This document shows, in pieces, positions 8,338 through 17,814 of a stretch of 64,000 nt of DNA. The first letter of the stretch is position 1. Each line of letters begins with the position of its first letter. The position numbers and the translations under genes were made by a program. Source of the DNA: Gammaproteobacteria bacterium (lineage in GTDB: Bacteria; Pseudomonadota; Gammaproteobacteria; Eutrophobiales; Eutrophobiaceae); the NCBI GenBank assembly GCA_963422205.2, contig CAXMWX010000009.1, positions 262,721 through 326,720 of the forward strand. The letters run 5' to 3'. The notes under the pieces are model-generated. The model searched no databases and was not told the origin of the DNA. It saw only the letters and a program-made list of their open reading frames with translations.

Positions 8338-9798
8338 ATGAATCTGTGCTCCATACTTGCCTGCCATGCCGTTGGCCGGGCTGACAAAACCGCGATTGAG
8401 TTTAACCAGCAGCGTATTTCCTACGCTGATCTGTGGCAACAGGTAGAAGCCTGTGCAGGTTATCTGTACACACAGGGCGTGCGGGCAGGCGATCGAATCG
8501 GGCTGGCCTTAAAGGAACACCCGGCCCACTTAATACTGCACTATGCCCTGCCTCGCCTTGGTGCTGTCATCCTGCCCATCGATCACCGCTGGACTGCCAG
8601 TGAAAAACAGGCCGCCGCAAAGGCATTCGATGCCAGGCTGCTCATCACAGAAGCCGATGCAGAGCCCCTGGATGCCGTGAAAACAATCATATTGCATGAT
8701 GACTGGCGAGACACACAGCCCCGTGAACTGCCCGACATGCCCGACATGCCGGATAAATGCAATATGCCCTTGCTGATTTCACTATCATCGGGAACCACCG
8801 GCCGACCCAAAGGTGCATTGGTCACTCACGAGCAAATGTATGCCCGTTTTATCAGCCAGTGGGTCACCATGGGTTTTCATGCCGGCGATCGATTCCTCGC
8901 AGTCACGCCTTTGTTTTTCGGTGCGGGGCGCTCTTTTGGCATGTGTTTTCTGGCGGCGGGAGCGACGGTTATTCTTGATCCTCCACCCCATAAACCGGAA
9001 CAGCTGGCAGCGGCTATCAACAACAGCCAGGCATCGGTTACGTTCCTGGTCCCCACCCTGCTGCTGCGCCTGCTGCCTCTGGCCGATAAACATACCCCCC
9101 TACTGCCGGGACTTCAGTGTCTACTGGTCAGTGGTGCCATCCTCTATCCAGCAGAAGCTAAGGAAATCCGGCAGCGGATAAGCCCGAATCTTACCGGCTA
9201 TTATGCATCGAGTGAAGGTGGCGGCATTGCCGTACTCAGCGCCGATGAGTTCAGTGACTACGCCGATACCGTCGGCCGCCCTGCATTCAGAACGGAAGTG
9301 CAGATTGTTGATGGCGATGGCAATCACGTTAAAGCAGGTGACACCGGCCGCTTGCGCTACCGCGGCCCGGCCATCGCCAGGCAGTTTCTTGACAGCGATG
9401 GTCATGAACAGGCAGCTGAAGTGGGAGGCTGGTTTTATCCAGGCGATCTTGCCTCGCTGACCTCAACTGGCCATATCATGCTGCGTGGCCGAGATAAAGA
9501 TGTGATTAATCGCGGTGGCGTTAATATTTATCCTGCGGAAATTGAAGCGGTACTTATGAGATATGATGCGGTTTCAGAGGTGGCTGTAGTAGGCAGAAAA
9601 TCCGCCGAGTTGGGAGAGGATGTGATTGCCTATGTGGCTTCAGCCGATCCTGCCATCGGCGATCTGCTAAAAGCCTATTGCCGCACCCATCTTGCACCTT
9701 ACAAGGTACCAAGCCAGTTTATATTACTTGATCAGTTGCCCAAAAAGGCATCAGGAAAGATCAACAAGCAGGCGCTTTTAGAGCAGTCACGGCCTTAA
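8338..9798 (+). CDS. Class I adenylate-forming enzyme (acyl-CoA ligase)
   Basis: SSGTTGRPKG, YASSEGG, GWFYPGDLA, GRDKDVINRGGVNIYPAEIE, C-terminal SGKINK. Confidence 0.94.
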   Translation: MNLCSILACHAVGRADKTAIEFNQQRISYADLWQQVEACAGYLYTQGVRAGDRIGLALKEHPAHLILHYALPRLGAVILPIDHRWTASEKQAAAKAFDARLLITEADAEPLDAVKTIILHDDWRDTQPRELPDMPDMPDKCNMPLLISLSSGTTGRPKGALVTHEQMYARFISQWVTMGFHAGDRFLAVTPLFFGAGRSFGMCFLAAGATVILDPPPHKPEQLAAAINNSQASVTFLVPTLLLRLLPLADKHTPLLPGLQCLLVSGAILYPAEAKEIRQRISPNLTGYYASSEGGGIAVLSADEFSDYADTVGRPAFRTEVQIVDGDGNHVKAGDTGRLRYRGPAIARQFLDSDGHEQAAEVGGWFYPGDLASLTSTGHIMLRGRDKDVINRGGVNIYPAEIEAVLMRYDAVSEVAVVGRKSAELGEDVIAYVASADPAIGDLLKAYCRTHLAPYKVPSQFILLDQLPKKASGKINKQALLEQSRP

Positions 9799-9906
9799 CA
9801 AGCCGATTTTTCTGACCAGCCCATAAGGCTCAACCGGTGTTCTCAGCACCGACCTGTCTGATTGCATTCGAACATGGCAAAGCCGTTACTGGCCTGGCAG
9901 AACATG

Positions 9907-10627
9907 CTAGAAGCCGGCGATGACCGTCACGCCACACAGCAGGATAAGCCCGCCCGCCAGGGCATGTGAATACTGATACAGACAGGGCGCCTTGATCCTG
10001 TGCGCCCCATAAAAACATACGCAGACGGCGGCTGCCATCGTGATTAAGGTGGCGAGCACAAACACCGATGTGACAAACGCCAGGGCGATGTAATTCTGCT
10101 GCCCTGCCGGATACATAAGCACTGGAATCAGCGCTTCGCAAGGACCGAAAATAAAAATAATAAACAACCACCAGATGCTCACAGGGGCCTTGTCCTCTTT
10201 GAGGTGCACGTGAGCATGTGCATGATGATGCCTGTGCGGATGGCTGATGCACTGTACCATCGGCATGGGCATGGACGTGGGTATGGGCCCGGTTTTTATA
10301 GGCGATACGCAGGCCATAGACAAAATATGCCATACCGAAAGCCAGCAGCAGGTATGAGGCGATATCGCCATGCCGGGCCTCGATCGTCTCCATTAACGCA
10401 AGGGCATGACCCAGGGCAATGCCTGTCGTGCCCAGCAACACAGAACCCACCGTGTGTCCGAGTCCGCATACCATGGTCACCGCCAGGGTGCGTCGCAGCG
10501 TCCAGCCTCTCGCCCTGGCCAGGGCAACAAAGGGAATATAGTGATCAGGGCCAATCAGGGTATGCAGCACACCGATACCCAGCGCGGTGATGGCCAGCAC
10601 CTGGATTTCAGGGGTCAACCAGTACAT
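9907..10627 (-). pseudogene. His-rich Ni/Co transporter-like (UreH/HoxN/RcnA-related) membrane protein split by a +1 frameshift (real or assembly error)
   Basis: N-half LHTLIGPDHY...GLGHTVGS...HTHVHAHADG. C-half HPHRHHHAHAHVH...IFGPCEALIP in another frame. Removing one base at about 10246 gives a 239-aa ORF. Confidence 0.8.
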
Positions 10628-10725
10628 GGATAAAACAAACGCGATCCGAAGGCGATTTGAAAGTTATCATGTTAGTATATCATCTGTCTTTTTGAGCACG
10701 TCTTGATACCTGTCCGGCCATATCC

Positions 10726-11394
10726 ATGATCGATATTCTGCTGCTGAAATTCTTCCACCTGCTGTGTTTTGTCTACTGGCTGGGTGCTGATTTGGGCGTG
10801 TTCTATTCCAGCAACTATCTGATCAAAAAAGATATTTCCGTGGAGTCCCGGCGAATTGCCGCCAGGATCATGTCCTGGCTTGATCAGGTTCCCCGTATCA
10901 GCATGGCCCTGATGCTGCCCACGGGAATCCACTTATCTGCCGCCATGGGCTACATCACGCTATCTACCACCGGCCGCATTCTGCTCTGGCTGATCTGCCT
11001 GGCCTGGCTGGCAAACATTATCATCTTATATGTACTTAACAAGCAATCGCTTAAGCACCGCATGGAGGCCATCGACTTCTGCTTCCGTATATTTTTGGTA
11101 CTCGGTCTGGGGGGGATTTCGATTTATGCTTTGCTGACAGATCGATTGATCCCGCCAGACTGGCTGGCCGTCAAGCTGCTGATATTTGCCTTGCTGGTGG
11201 CCTGTGGCCTGGCCATTCGAATCTTTATACGGCCTTTTACTGTTGCATTTGCGAACATGGTCAGGGAAGGCCGGACCGATGCGGGTGATGTTATCATGGC
11301 CAACAGCATAAGACGCTGCCGTTATGTGGTCATCGGGCTATGGCTTGGTCTGCTTGTGAATGCGGCCATCGGGATACATCTGATTAATGTTTAA
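10726..11394 (+). CDS. Conserved hypothetical integral membrane protein
   Basis: About 6 TM segments, N-terminal HLLCFVYWLGADLGVFY; first gene of a tightly packed operon. Confidence 0.8.
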   Translation: MIDILLLKFFHLLCFVYWLGADLGVFYSSNYLIKKDISVESRRIAARIMSWLDQVPRISMALMLPTGIHLSAAMGYITLSTTGRILLWLICLAWLANIIILYVLNKQSLKHRMEAIDFCFRIFLVLGLGGISIYALLTDRLIPPDWLAVKLLIFALLVACGLAIRIFIRPFTVAFANMVREGRTDAGDVIMANSIRRCRYVVIGLWLGLLVNAAIGIHLINV

Positions 11395-11427
11395 GGCCGC
11401 CATTTGAACAATATCAGGAAGCACGAT

Positions 11428-12141
11428 ATGAAACATCAGACCATACGCGGGAGAATACGCTATACCAGCAAGAAGCCGGAACGCATGGACGAGGAGCGCG
11501 GAAGAGAGTCTTTTATTATTACAAAACATGCCGATGGCAAGCGCACATTGCGCGCACATTGTGAAATTGATGACGCCCCTTGTGTGCTGCGAGATGTTAC
11601 CCTCAGCCTGGATCAGGACTGGTACCCGCTGGATTGCTTTGTGCGCCTGACCATTGATGATCAATTCGAAGGCAGTGGCTGGATGTATTTCAATGAAAAT
11701 TACGCAGAATGTGAAATGTTCAACGCACGGGATGGGCGCATTTCACAGCGTATTGATCTGCAAGCGCGAGTGCGCTGGCTGGGGGCGCATCCGATTGTCG
11801 CTGATGCCATGTGTTTTGCCGTCTTTGATCGCAGCCAGGGGCCGGGCAAGGTCTTTTATCCGAATATGGCGCTGACATCCCCTGATCATCGTGGTGCCAC
11901 CGGGCCGCTGCTGTTTAAGATGGGTTTTGGTCTTCGCTATCTTGGCGAAGAGCAGGTCTCGGTGCCTGCGGGGACTTTTGATGCGTATCATTTTCAGTAT
12001 GTGGATACCGCCGGTGAAATGCCCGAAGAACACCCCCCTTACGATGTCTGGTGTGGTGCTGATGATGATTTTTTGTTTATAAAAGGTCAGGTCGCCGGGT
12101 ATATGCAAACCTATTACGAACTCATTGAACTTGAAAGATAG
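11428..12141 (+). CDS. Hypothetical beta-rich protein (DUF3108-like C-terminal motif)
   Basis: AGGAAG RBS, ATG 11428; GEEQVSVPAGTFDA motif. Confidence 0.75.
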   Translation: MKHQTIRGRIRYTSKKPERMDEERGRESFIITKHADGKRTLRAHCEIDDAPCVLRDVTLSLDQDWYPLDCFVRLTIDDQFEGSGWMYFNENYAECEMFNARDGRISQRIDLQARVRWLGAHPIVADAMCFAVFDRSQGPGKVFYPNMALTSPDHRGATGPLLFKMGFGLRYLGEEQVSVPAGTFDAYHFQYVDTAGEMPEEHPPYDVWCGADDDFLFIKGQVAGYMQTYYELIELER

Positions 12142-12164
12142 CACCAATTTTAAGGAGATAATAC

Positions 12165-12461
12165 ATGTCAGCCCTGATGCTTATTCAATGCCGGATCACC
12201 AACGTGGAAAAATTTATGGCATACGGCAAGGCAACACCTGCTGTTGTCGAGCAATATGGTGGCCGCTATATCGCCATGCGCGGGGCAACTGAGTTGCTTG
12301 AAGGTGATTGGGATGAGCAGACCAAGGTCGTCATATCTGAATGGCCATCCATGGAAGCTGCCCGCACCTTCTGGCATTCCAGCGAGTATAGGGAAGCAAA
12401 AAAACTGCGTGAAGGGGCGGCTGAAGTCCAGGTGTTGTTGGTAGAGAAGACGGCCGAGTAA
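12165..12461 (+). CDS. DUF1330 domain protein
   Basis: YGGRY...LEGDW...VISEWPSMEAARTFWHSSEY..AK.LR; AAGGAG RBS. Confidence 0.9.
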   Translation: MSALMLIQCRITNVEKFMAYGKATPAVVEQYGGRYIAMRGATELLEGDWDEQTKVVISEWPSMEAARTFWHSSEYREAKKLREGAAEVQVLLVEKTAE

Positions 12462-12497
12462 TACCATCAGATTTTATCGATTTGAGAGACTGCCAAT

Positions 12498-13538
12498 ATG
12501 CCGGATAATTACCTTGCACTCGCCCTGCAAACCCGTTGCGATGCCATCAATTCGCTTGATAATACCAGCGCACGCCAGGCGATGCTGGCCACGATTAACA
12601 GAATCCATCAGCAGATAGCGGCTTGCAGGGCATTCATCGGTACGGATGCTCAATTATTTGTGCTGCCAGAGTATTTTTTAACGGGTTTTCCCATGGGCGA
12701 TACCATCGAAGGCTGGGCGGAGAAGGCCGGCATCTCAGCCGCTGGCCCTGAATACGATGCCCTGGGCAAAGTCAGCCAGGACAATGCGGTTTTTCTGGCC
12801 GGTAATGCGTATGAACTGGACAGCCATTTCCCCGGCTTGTATTTCCAAACCAGCTTTATCATCGATCCTTCGGGCAATGTCATCTTGCGTTACCGGCGCC
12901 TTATCTCCATGTTTGCACCCACACCCCACGATGTCTGGGATCAATACCTCGACATCTATGGCATTGACAGCGTGTTCCCGGTAGCCGATACAGCAATCGG
13001 GAAACTGGCAGCCTGTGCCTCGGAAGAAATCCTCTATCCTGAAATTACCCGTGCCCATGCCTTGCGCGGTGCCGAAGTGATTCTGCATTCCACCAGCGAA
13101 ATCGGCAGCACTGAACTGACCCCCAAAGACATAGCGAAACGCGCCCGCGCCATTGAAAACCTGGTCTATGTGGTCTCGGCAAACAGCGCAGGCATAGCTG
13201 GCACGGCCATACCCTCAGCCTCTACCGATGGTATGTCAAAGGTGCTGGACTACAAAGGGCGTATACTGGCGAGTGCGGGTTTCGGCGAGACCATGGTGGC
13301 CAACGCAGAAATCGACCTGAATGCCTTGAGAGGTTATCGCCGTCGTCCCGGCATGGCGAATATGTTAGCACGGCAACGGCTGGAACTCTTCAGCCAAAGT
13401 TACAGTGGGCATTCAATCTATCCGGCTAATTCTCTGCTGGATGAGACGGGAGCAAAACATATTATTCCACAGCGGGGGCATTTTGTTGACACCCAGCGCA
13501 AGGTCATTGAAACATTGCACAAAAAGCACGTGATCTAG
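12498..13538 (+). CDS. Nitrilase/carbon-nitrogen hydrolase superfamily protein, non-canonical triad
   Basis: VLPEYF, RYRRL, ASEEILYPE, LRGAEVILH, RARAIENLVYVVSAN motifs. Confidence 0.88.
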   Translation: MPDNYLALALQTRCDAINSLDNTSARQAMLATINRIHQQIAACRAFIGTDAQLFVLPEYFLTGFPMGDTIEGWAEKAGISAAGPEYDALGKVSQDNAVFLAGNAYELDSHFPGLYFQTSFIIDPSGNVILRYRRLISMFAPTPHDVWDQYLDIYGIDSVFPVADTAIGKLAACASEEILYPEITRAHALRGAEVILHSTSEIGSTELTPKDIAKRARAIENLVYVVSANSAGIAGTAIPSASTDGMSKVLDYKGRILASAGFGETMVANAEIDLNALRGYRRRPGMANMLARQRLELFSQSYSGHSIYPANSLLDETGAKHIIPQRGHFVDTQRKVIETLHKKHVI

Positions 13539-13540
13539 AG

Positions 13541-14974
13541 ATGGGCGATAAAAAAATTCATGTCCGAAACCCGCGTACCGGGCTAAGTGATTACACATTC
13601 ATCCAGCCAGATGCCAGGCAGGTAGCACAAAAAATCGCACAGATCAGAGACGCACAGACACAGTGGCTGAGGCTGGGAGTAGCAGGCCGTTGCACCGCAT
13701 TGCAAGCACTGAAATGTGCTATCGAAAAACATCAGCAGGCCCTGATAGATGCCTTGACCCTGGATACCGGCAGGTGCCAGGAATCCGACTTGGAGACCCA
13801 CCTGGTCATGGGCATTATCAAGCGCTGGTGTCAACAGGCCCCGGCCCTGCTGGCGGAAGGGGAAGCACATGAAACCAGTATTCCTTTTATCAAGGTAGGC
13901 AGGCAATATGTCCCTTATGCCGTTGTCGGTGCTATCACACCGTGGAATTTCCCCCTGACCCTGTCTTGCATTGATGCCATGCCAGCCCTGTTGGTAGGCT
14001 GTGCGGTTGTCGTCAAGCCCAGTGAGATCACGCCACGCTTTGCTGTACCTTTGCAAACGTGCATAGATGAGGTTGATGTGCTGAAAGATGTGTTTCACTT
14101 TGTCCCAGGGGATGGCGAGGTGGGTGCTGCCTTGATTGATGAGGTCGATACCATCTGCTTCACCGGCAGTGTTGCAACTGGCCGGAAGGTGGCTGAAGCC
14201 GCCGCCAGAAACTTCATCCCGGCACAACTGGAACTGGGCGGTAAGGATCCGGCCATTATCACTGCCAGTGCTGATCTGGATCGTGCGGCGGCGGCTATCA
14301 GTTGGGGAGGGCTGACCAATGCAGGGCAGGCCTGTCTTTCTATTGAACGGGTATACGTGGAGAGTCCTGTACACGATGAATTCGTACAATTACTTACTGA
14401 AAAAGTCGCCAGACTTCGCTGTAACATTAAAGAGATTAACGAAGGCGAAATCGGCCCGATCATCTCCGCCGCCCAGATCGATCTTATTCAATCACATCTG
14501 GACGATGCGCTGGACAATGGTGCTGTAGCTGCTTGTGGCGGCAAAATTGAACAGCATAACGGCGGCAGCTGGTGCCAGCCCACCGTATTAACCGATGTCA
14601 AGTCAGCAATGAAAGTCATACAGGAAGAGACCTTTGGCCCCATACTGCCGATCATGGGATTTGCTACCGAAGAAGAGGCGATAGCACTCGCCAATGATAC
14701 CCGATACGGTTTATCTGCTGCGGTATTCTCCAACGATAAAGCACAGGCCGATAGGATTGCAAAGGCCATACAGGCCGGTGCCATCAGTATTAATGATGCG
14801 GCTTTAACCGCCATAATGTACGAAGGCGAAAAACAGGCTTTTAAATTATCCGGGCTGGGAGGCTCTCGCATGGGCACAGAATCGATCCGCAGATTCCAGC
14901 GCACCAAGTCCCTGATTAATAATGTAGAGCAAGCCTGGGATCCATGGTGGTTTGAGAAAAAGCCGACAAATTAG
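13541..14974 (+). CDS. Aldehyde dehydrogenase family protein
   Basis: ITPWNFP, KPSE, FTGS, ELGGKDP (catalytic Glu), NAGQAC (catalytic Cys), EETFGP. Confidence 0.95.
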   Translation: MGDKKIHVRNPRTGLSDYTFIQPDARQVAQKIAQIRDAQTQWLRLGVAGRCTALQALKCAIEKHQQALIDALTLDTGRCQESDLETHLVMGIIKRWCQQAPALLAEGEAHETSIPFIKVGRQYVPYAVVGAITPWNFPLTLSCIDAMPALLVGCAVVVKPSEITPRFAVPLQTCIDEVDVLKDVFHFVPGDGEVGAALIDEVDTICFTGSVATGRKVAEAAARNFIPAQLELGGKDPAIITASADLDRAAAAISWGGLTNAGQACLSIERVYVESPVHDEFVQLLTEKVARLRCNIKEINEGEIGPIISAAQIDLIQSHLDDALDNGAVAACGGKIEQHNGGSWCQPTVLTDVKSAMKVIQEETFGPILPIMGFATEEEAIALANDTRYGLSAAVFSNDKAQADRIAKAIQAGAISINDAALTAIMYEGEKQAFKLSGLGGSRMGTESIRRFQRTKSLINNVEQAWDPWWFEKKPTN

Positions 14975-15303
14975 AAAAATCGAAAAACTTCAAGGCCGTT
15001 GGTGAATCTCGCTACCTCCGTATAGGAATGCCGTCAAGATCATATCGTATGCCAGAAGATACCAAACGCCCCCTTGCTACTGATGCCATATCAAGCCACT
15101 TTCTACTGGGACTTGATCACTATCTGAAACAAGTAGAAAAAAGGACAAAAACGGCAGGCAAAATTAAAGGCATGCAAAAGACGGCTATGCAGCGGTGTTG
15201 ATTATGTCAACAGGTTTTTTATCGTCCTGACATCAATATGTTTGTTCGCCGTGCCGGGTTTATGATTGCTGGTCGGGCATCAGCATGAATCACCAGTGCA
15301 TGA

Positions 15304-16068
15304 TCAGATCAGATAACCGCCATCGACGGTGAGGCAACTGCCGGTGACAAAGCTGGAGGCAGAAGATGCCAGATATAAAATCGCCGCTGCCATTTCACTG
15401 GGCTGGGCGGTGCGCTGTAATGGTATCTGTTGTAACCAACCATGCAGCACGTCTTCATTGGCTGTTAGCGCACGGGCAAATTTTGTATCCGTCAAGCCGG
15501 GCAGCAGCGCATTCACCCGGATGTTATCAGCCCCGCATTCAAGCGCAAACGCCCTGGTCATGTTAATAACAGCCCCTTTGGTAATGGAATAAATTCCCTG
15601 CTTGTTGCCCGGCCTGACGCCATTGACAGAGGCCACGTTGATGATCGCACCACCCCCTTGTTCACGCATCAGCTTGCAGGCATTCACCGACATATAGAAA
15701 TACCCCCGCACATTGACATCAATGGTCTTGTTGAATGCCGCCAGATCCGTCTCGACAATGTCGCCATAGTAAGGATTGGTGGCGGCATTATTCACCAGTA
15801 TGTCGAGCCTGCCATAGGTAAGGCGTATACGGTCATAGACAGCTTCAATCTGTGCCAACTCGCCAATATGACAGGCAAATGCGGACGCCTGCCCGCCCGC
15901 CGCACGGATAGCCTCGGCCACTTGTTCACAAGCCGCCTGTTTGCGGCTGGAGATAATCACATGAGCGCCCTGCTGTGCCAACAGCTTTGCCGCTTCCTGT
16001 CCTATGCCCCGGCTGGCACCCGTCACCAACGCGATTTTATTGTCCAGATCAAATAATGCTGTCGTCAT
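15304..16068 (-). CDS. Short-chain dehydrogenase/reductase
   Basis: TGASRGIG, NNAA, YSITK motifs. Confidence 0.95.
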   Translation of the reverse strand: MTTALFDLDNKIALVTGASRGIGQEAAKLLAQQGAHVIISSRKQAACEQVAEAIRAAGGQASAFACHIGELAQIEAVYDRIRLTYGRLDILVNNAATNPYYGDIVETDLAAFNKTIDVNVRGYFYMSVNACKLMREQGGGAIINVASVNGVRPGNKQGIYSITKGAVINMTRAFALECGADNIRVNALLPGLTDTKFARALTANEDVLHGWLQQIPLQRTAQPSEMAAAILYLASSASSFVTGSCLTVDGGYLI

Positions 16069-16469
16069 CTTGCTAACAAAAACACGATGCTGGATGTGGT
16101 ACGGTTGGCAAAACGCCTGTCGCTGACAATACTGTGGTCGGCGGCACCAGCCTGTTTGCTATTCTGTGGGCGAATATGTACGCAATATGGCGCATACCAA
16201 CGGCATAGAAAGTTCCTGGTCTATTCTGAAACGGGGGCATGATGGGATTTATCATAAAATGAGTAACAGGAGATGAGCAACAGGCACCTTGACCGCACGT
16301 GAGCGAGAGCTCCAGTCAACACACTATACACAATCTTGATACGATTGAACAGATGCTTCATATTGTGGTAACGAGCAGACAGGCGGCGATGGATTGCTAT
16401 TGTATGGCCTTCGGTGGTCATCGCCTTACCAATGGCAATGGCTGGGCAGTCTGGTTTATCCTGTACGGG

Positions 16470-17204
16470 TTAGAACTTTCCGAGGCTTCTCAAAAACTTG
16501 AGTTTTAGTCTTTTTAATTGCTTTTTGGGAAATCTCAGGTGTTTGGTGTGCAGATACTCCATCCCTTTACCCTCCTTCCAACTCTTGGCCCACCAGTGAA
16601 TTGCATAGGTGTTCTCGCCGATACAGTCCGGCGTATAACGCTCATCGCTGTAATAGGGATAAAAGTACTCCTTTGGGTAGACGGATATGCCATCTGCGAT
16701 TTGTTGTTTTTGCCCGTTCAGTTGCAGGGAGAATTCGTTCTGCAGTACGCTTGTGATGATCTGGGGAATGGTATAAATGTCCGTGTTCAACATCTGTTCA
16801 CGATAAAAACGCAATAACTTTTTAAACAGCAGACTCTCTGGAACCGCTGCCAATACGCTGGCGTTTACCCATGATTCATGTTCAAACCCAAGAAAGACCG
16901 GGCTTGTGCATAACCGGGATAAGTCTTTTAGGAGATACACATCGGTATCCAGATAAATCCCTCCAGATTGCTCCAGCACATACACCCGCATGTAATCGGC
17001 AACAAAGGCCCATAATTGCCGCTCATAACAGGCTTTCAGGAAGGGGCTTTTTGCAAATTCCTGCTGCAAAGGGAAGTTGGTTTCATTCCATTTGATGATT
17101 TCAAATGCAGGCATTTTTTCCCTCCAGGAAAGAATGCACACCTCTGCAAGGCTGGGTTTTGCCCCGCCACCAACCCAAACATAATGAATTTTCTTTGGTA
17201 TCAT
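16470..17204 (-). CDS. Glycosyltransferase family 32 (DxD, OCH1-like)
   Basis: MIPKKIHYVWVG, AFVADYMR, GGIYLDTDV, YAIHW motifs. Confidence 0.9.
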   Translation of the reverse strand: MIPKKIHYVWVGGGAKPSLAEVCILSWREKMPAFEIIKWNETNFPLQQEFAKSPFLKACYERQLWAFVADYMRVYVLEQSGGIYLDTDVYLLKDLSRLCTSPVFLGFEHESWVNASVLAAVPESLLFKKLLRFYREQMLNTDIYTIPQIITSVLQNEFSLQLNGQKQQIADGISVYPKEYFYPYYSDERYTPDCIGENTYAIHWWAKSWKEGKGMEYLHTKHLRFPKKQLKRLKLKFLRSLGKF

Positions 17205-17301
17205 GGGCGTTCGGTATTTTCAGTGGCCGGGAGCATTGGGATGCAAGGCAGGCCATGCCTGTTGCGCTGGCGCACAGTAACACAATGTATTGGGTATTTA
17301 C

Positions 17302-17754
17302 ATGCGATTTAACTGGACTCCGGCCAGCCTGCGGTTAGCGCTGAATCTGTATGGCCCTTATCCTGGGGCGGGTGTTAAGGTGCGTCATATCAGCCGTGAC
17401 TGGCGCATAACAGAGGTGGCGATGCGGCTTCGCTGGTATAACCGTAATGCGGTTGGTACGCATTTTGGCGGCAGCCTGTATGCCATGGTTGACCCGCATC
17501 TCATGCTGATGCTGATGCAGTTAATGGGTAAGGGCTATACAATATGGGACAAGGCGGCCGAGATTGAATTTGTGGCGCCCGGTACGGGCGAGGTGCGCGC
17601 AACGCTTGCGATCACAGATGCACAACTGGCCAGGATAGTCGCTGATACCGAAGCGGGTGCTGCCTGTTTTCCGGCCTTTGATGTGGCTGTCGTTGATAAC
17701 GATGACAACCTGATTGCCAGGATCAGAAAGACCTTGTACGTTCGGAAGAAATAA
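17302..17754 (+). CDS. DUF4442 hot-dog fold (thioesterase-like) protein
   Basis: NRNAVGTHFGGSLYAMVDP, IWDKAAEIEF, KTLYVRKK motifs. Confidence 0.85.
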   Translation: MRFNWTPASLRLALNLYGPYPGAGVKVRHISRDWRITEVAMRLRWYNRNAVGTHFGGSLYAMVDPHLMLMLMQLMGKGYTIWDKAAEIEFVAPGTGEVRATLAITDAQLARIVADTEAGAACFPAFDVAVVDNDDNLIARIRKTLYVRKK

Positions 17755-17814
17755 ACCACCGTTGTTGGCGGCAGCTGGCCGTTCACCGCCCGCTGGGATC
17801 AGCACACCATTAAT

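Noticed and set aside
15028-15201. 57-aa ORF after the ALDH
   Set aside because: No recognisable motif and poor RBS spacing; cannot be distinguished from chance or a relic.
16069-16469. 400-bp spacer with short ORFs (16273-16302, 16299-16508)
   Set aside because: No family resemblance and no convincing RNA structure seen.
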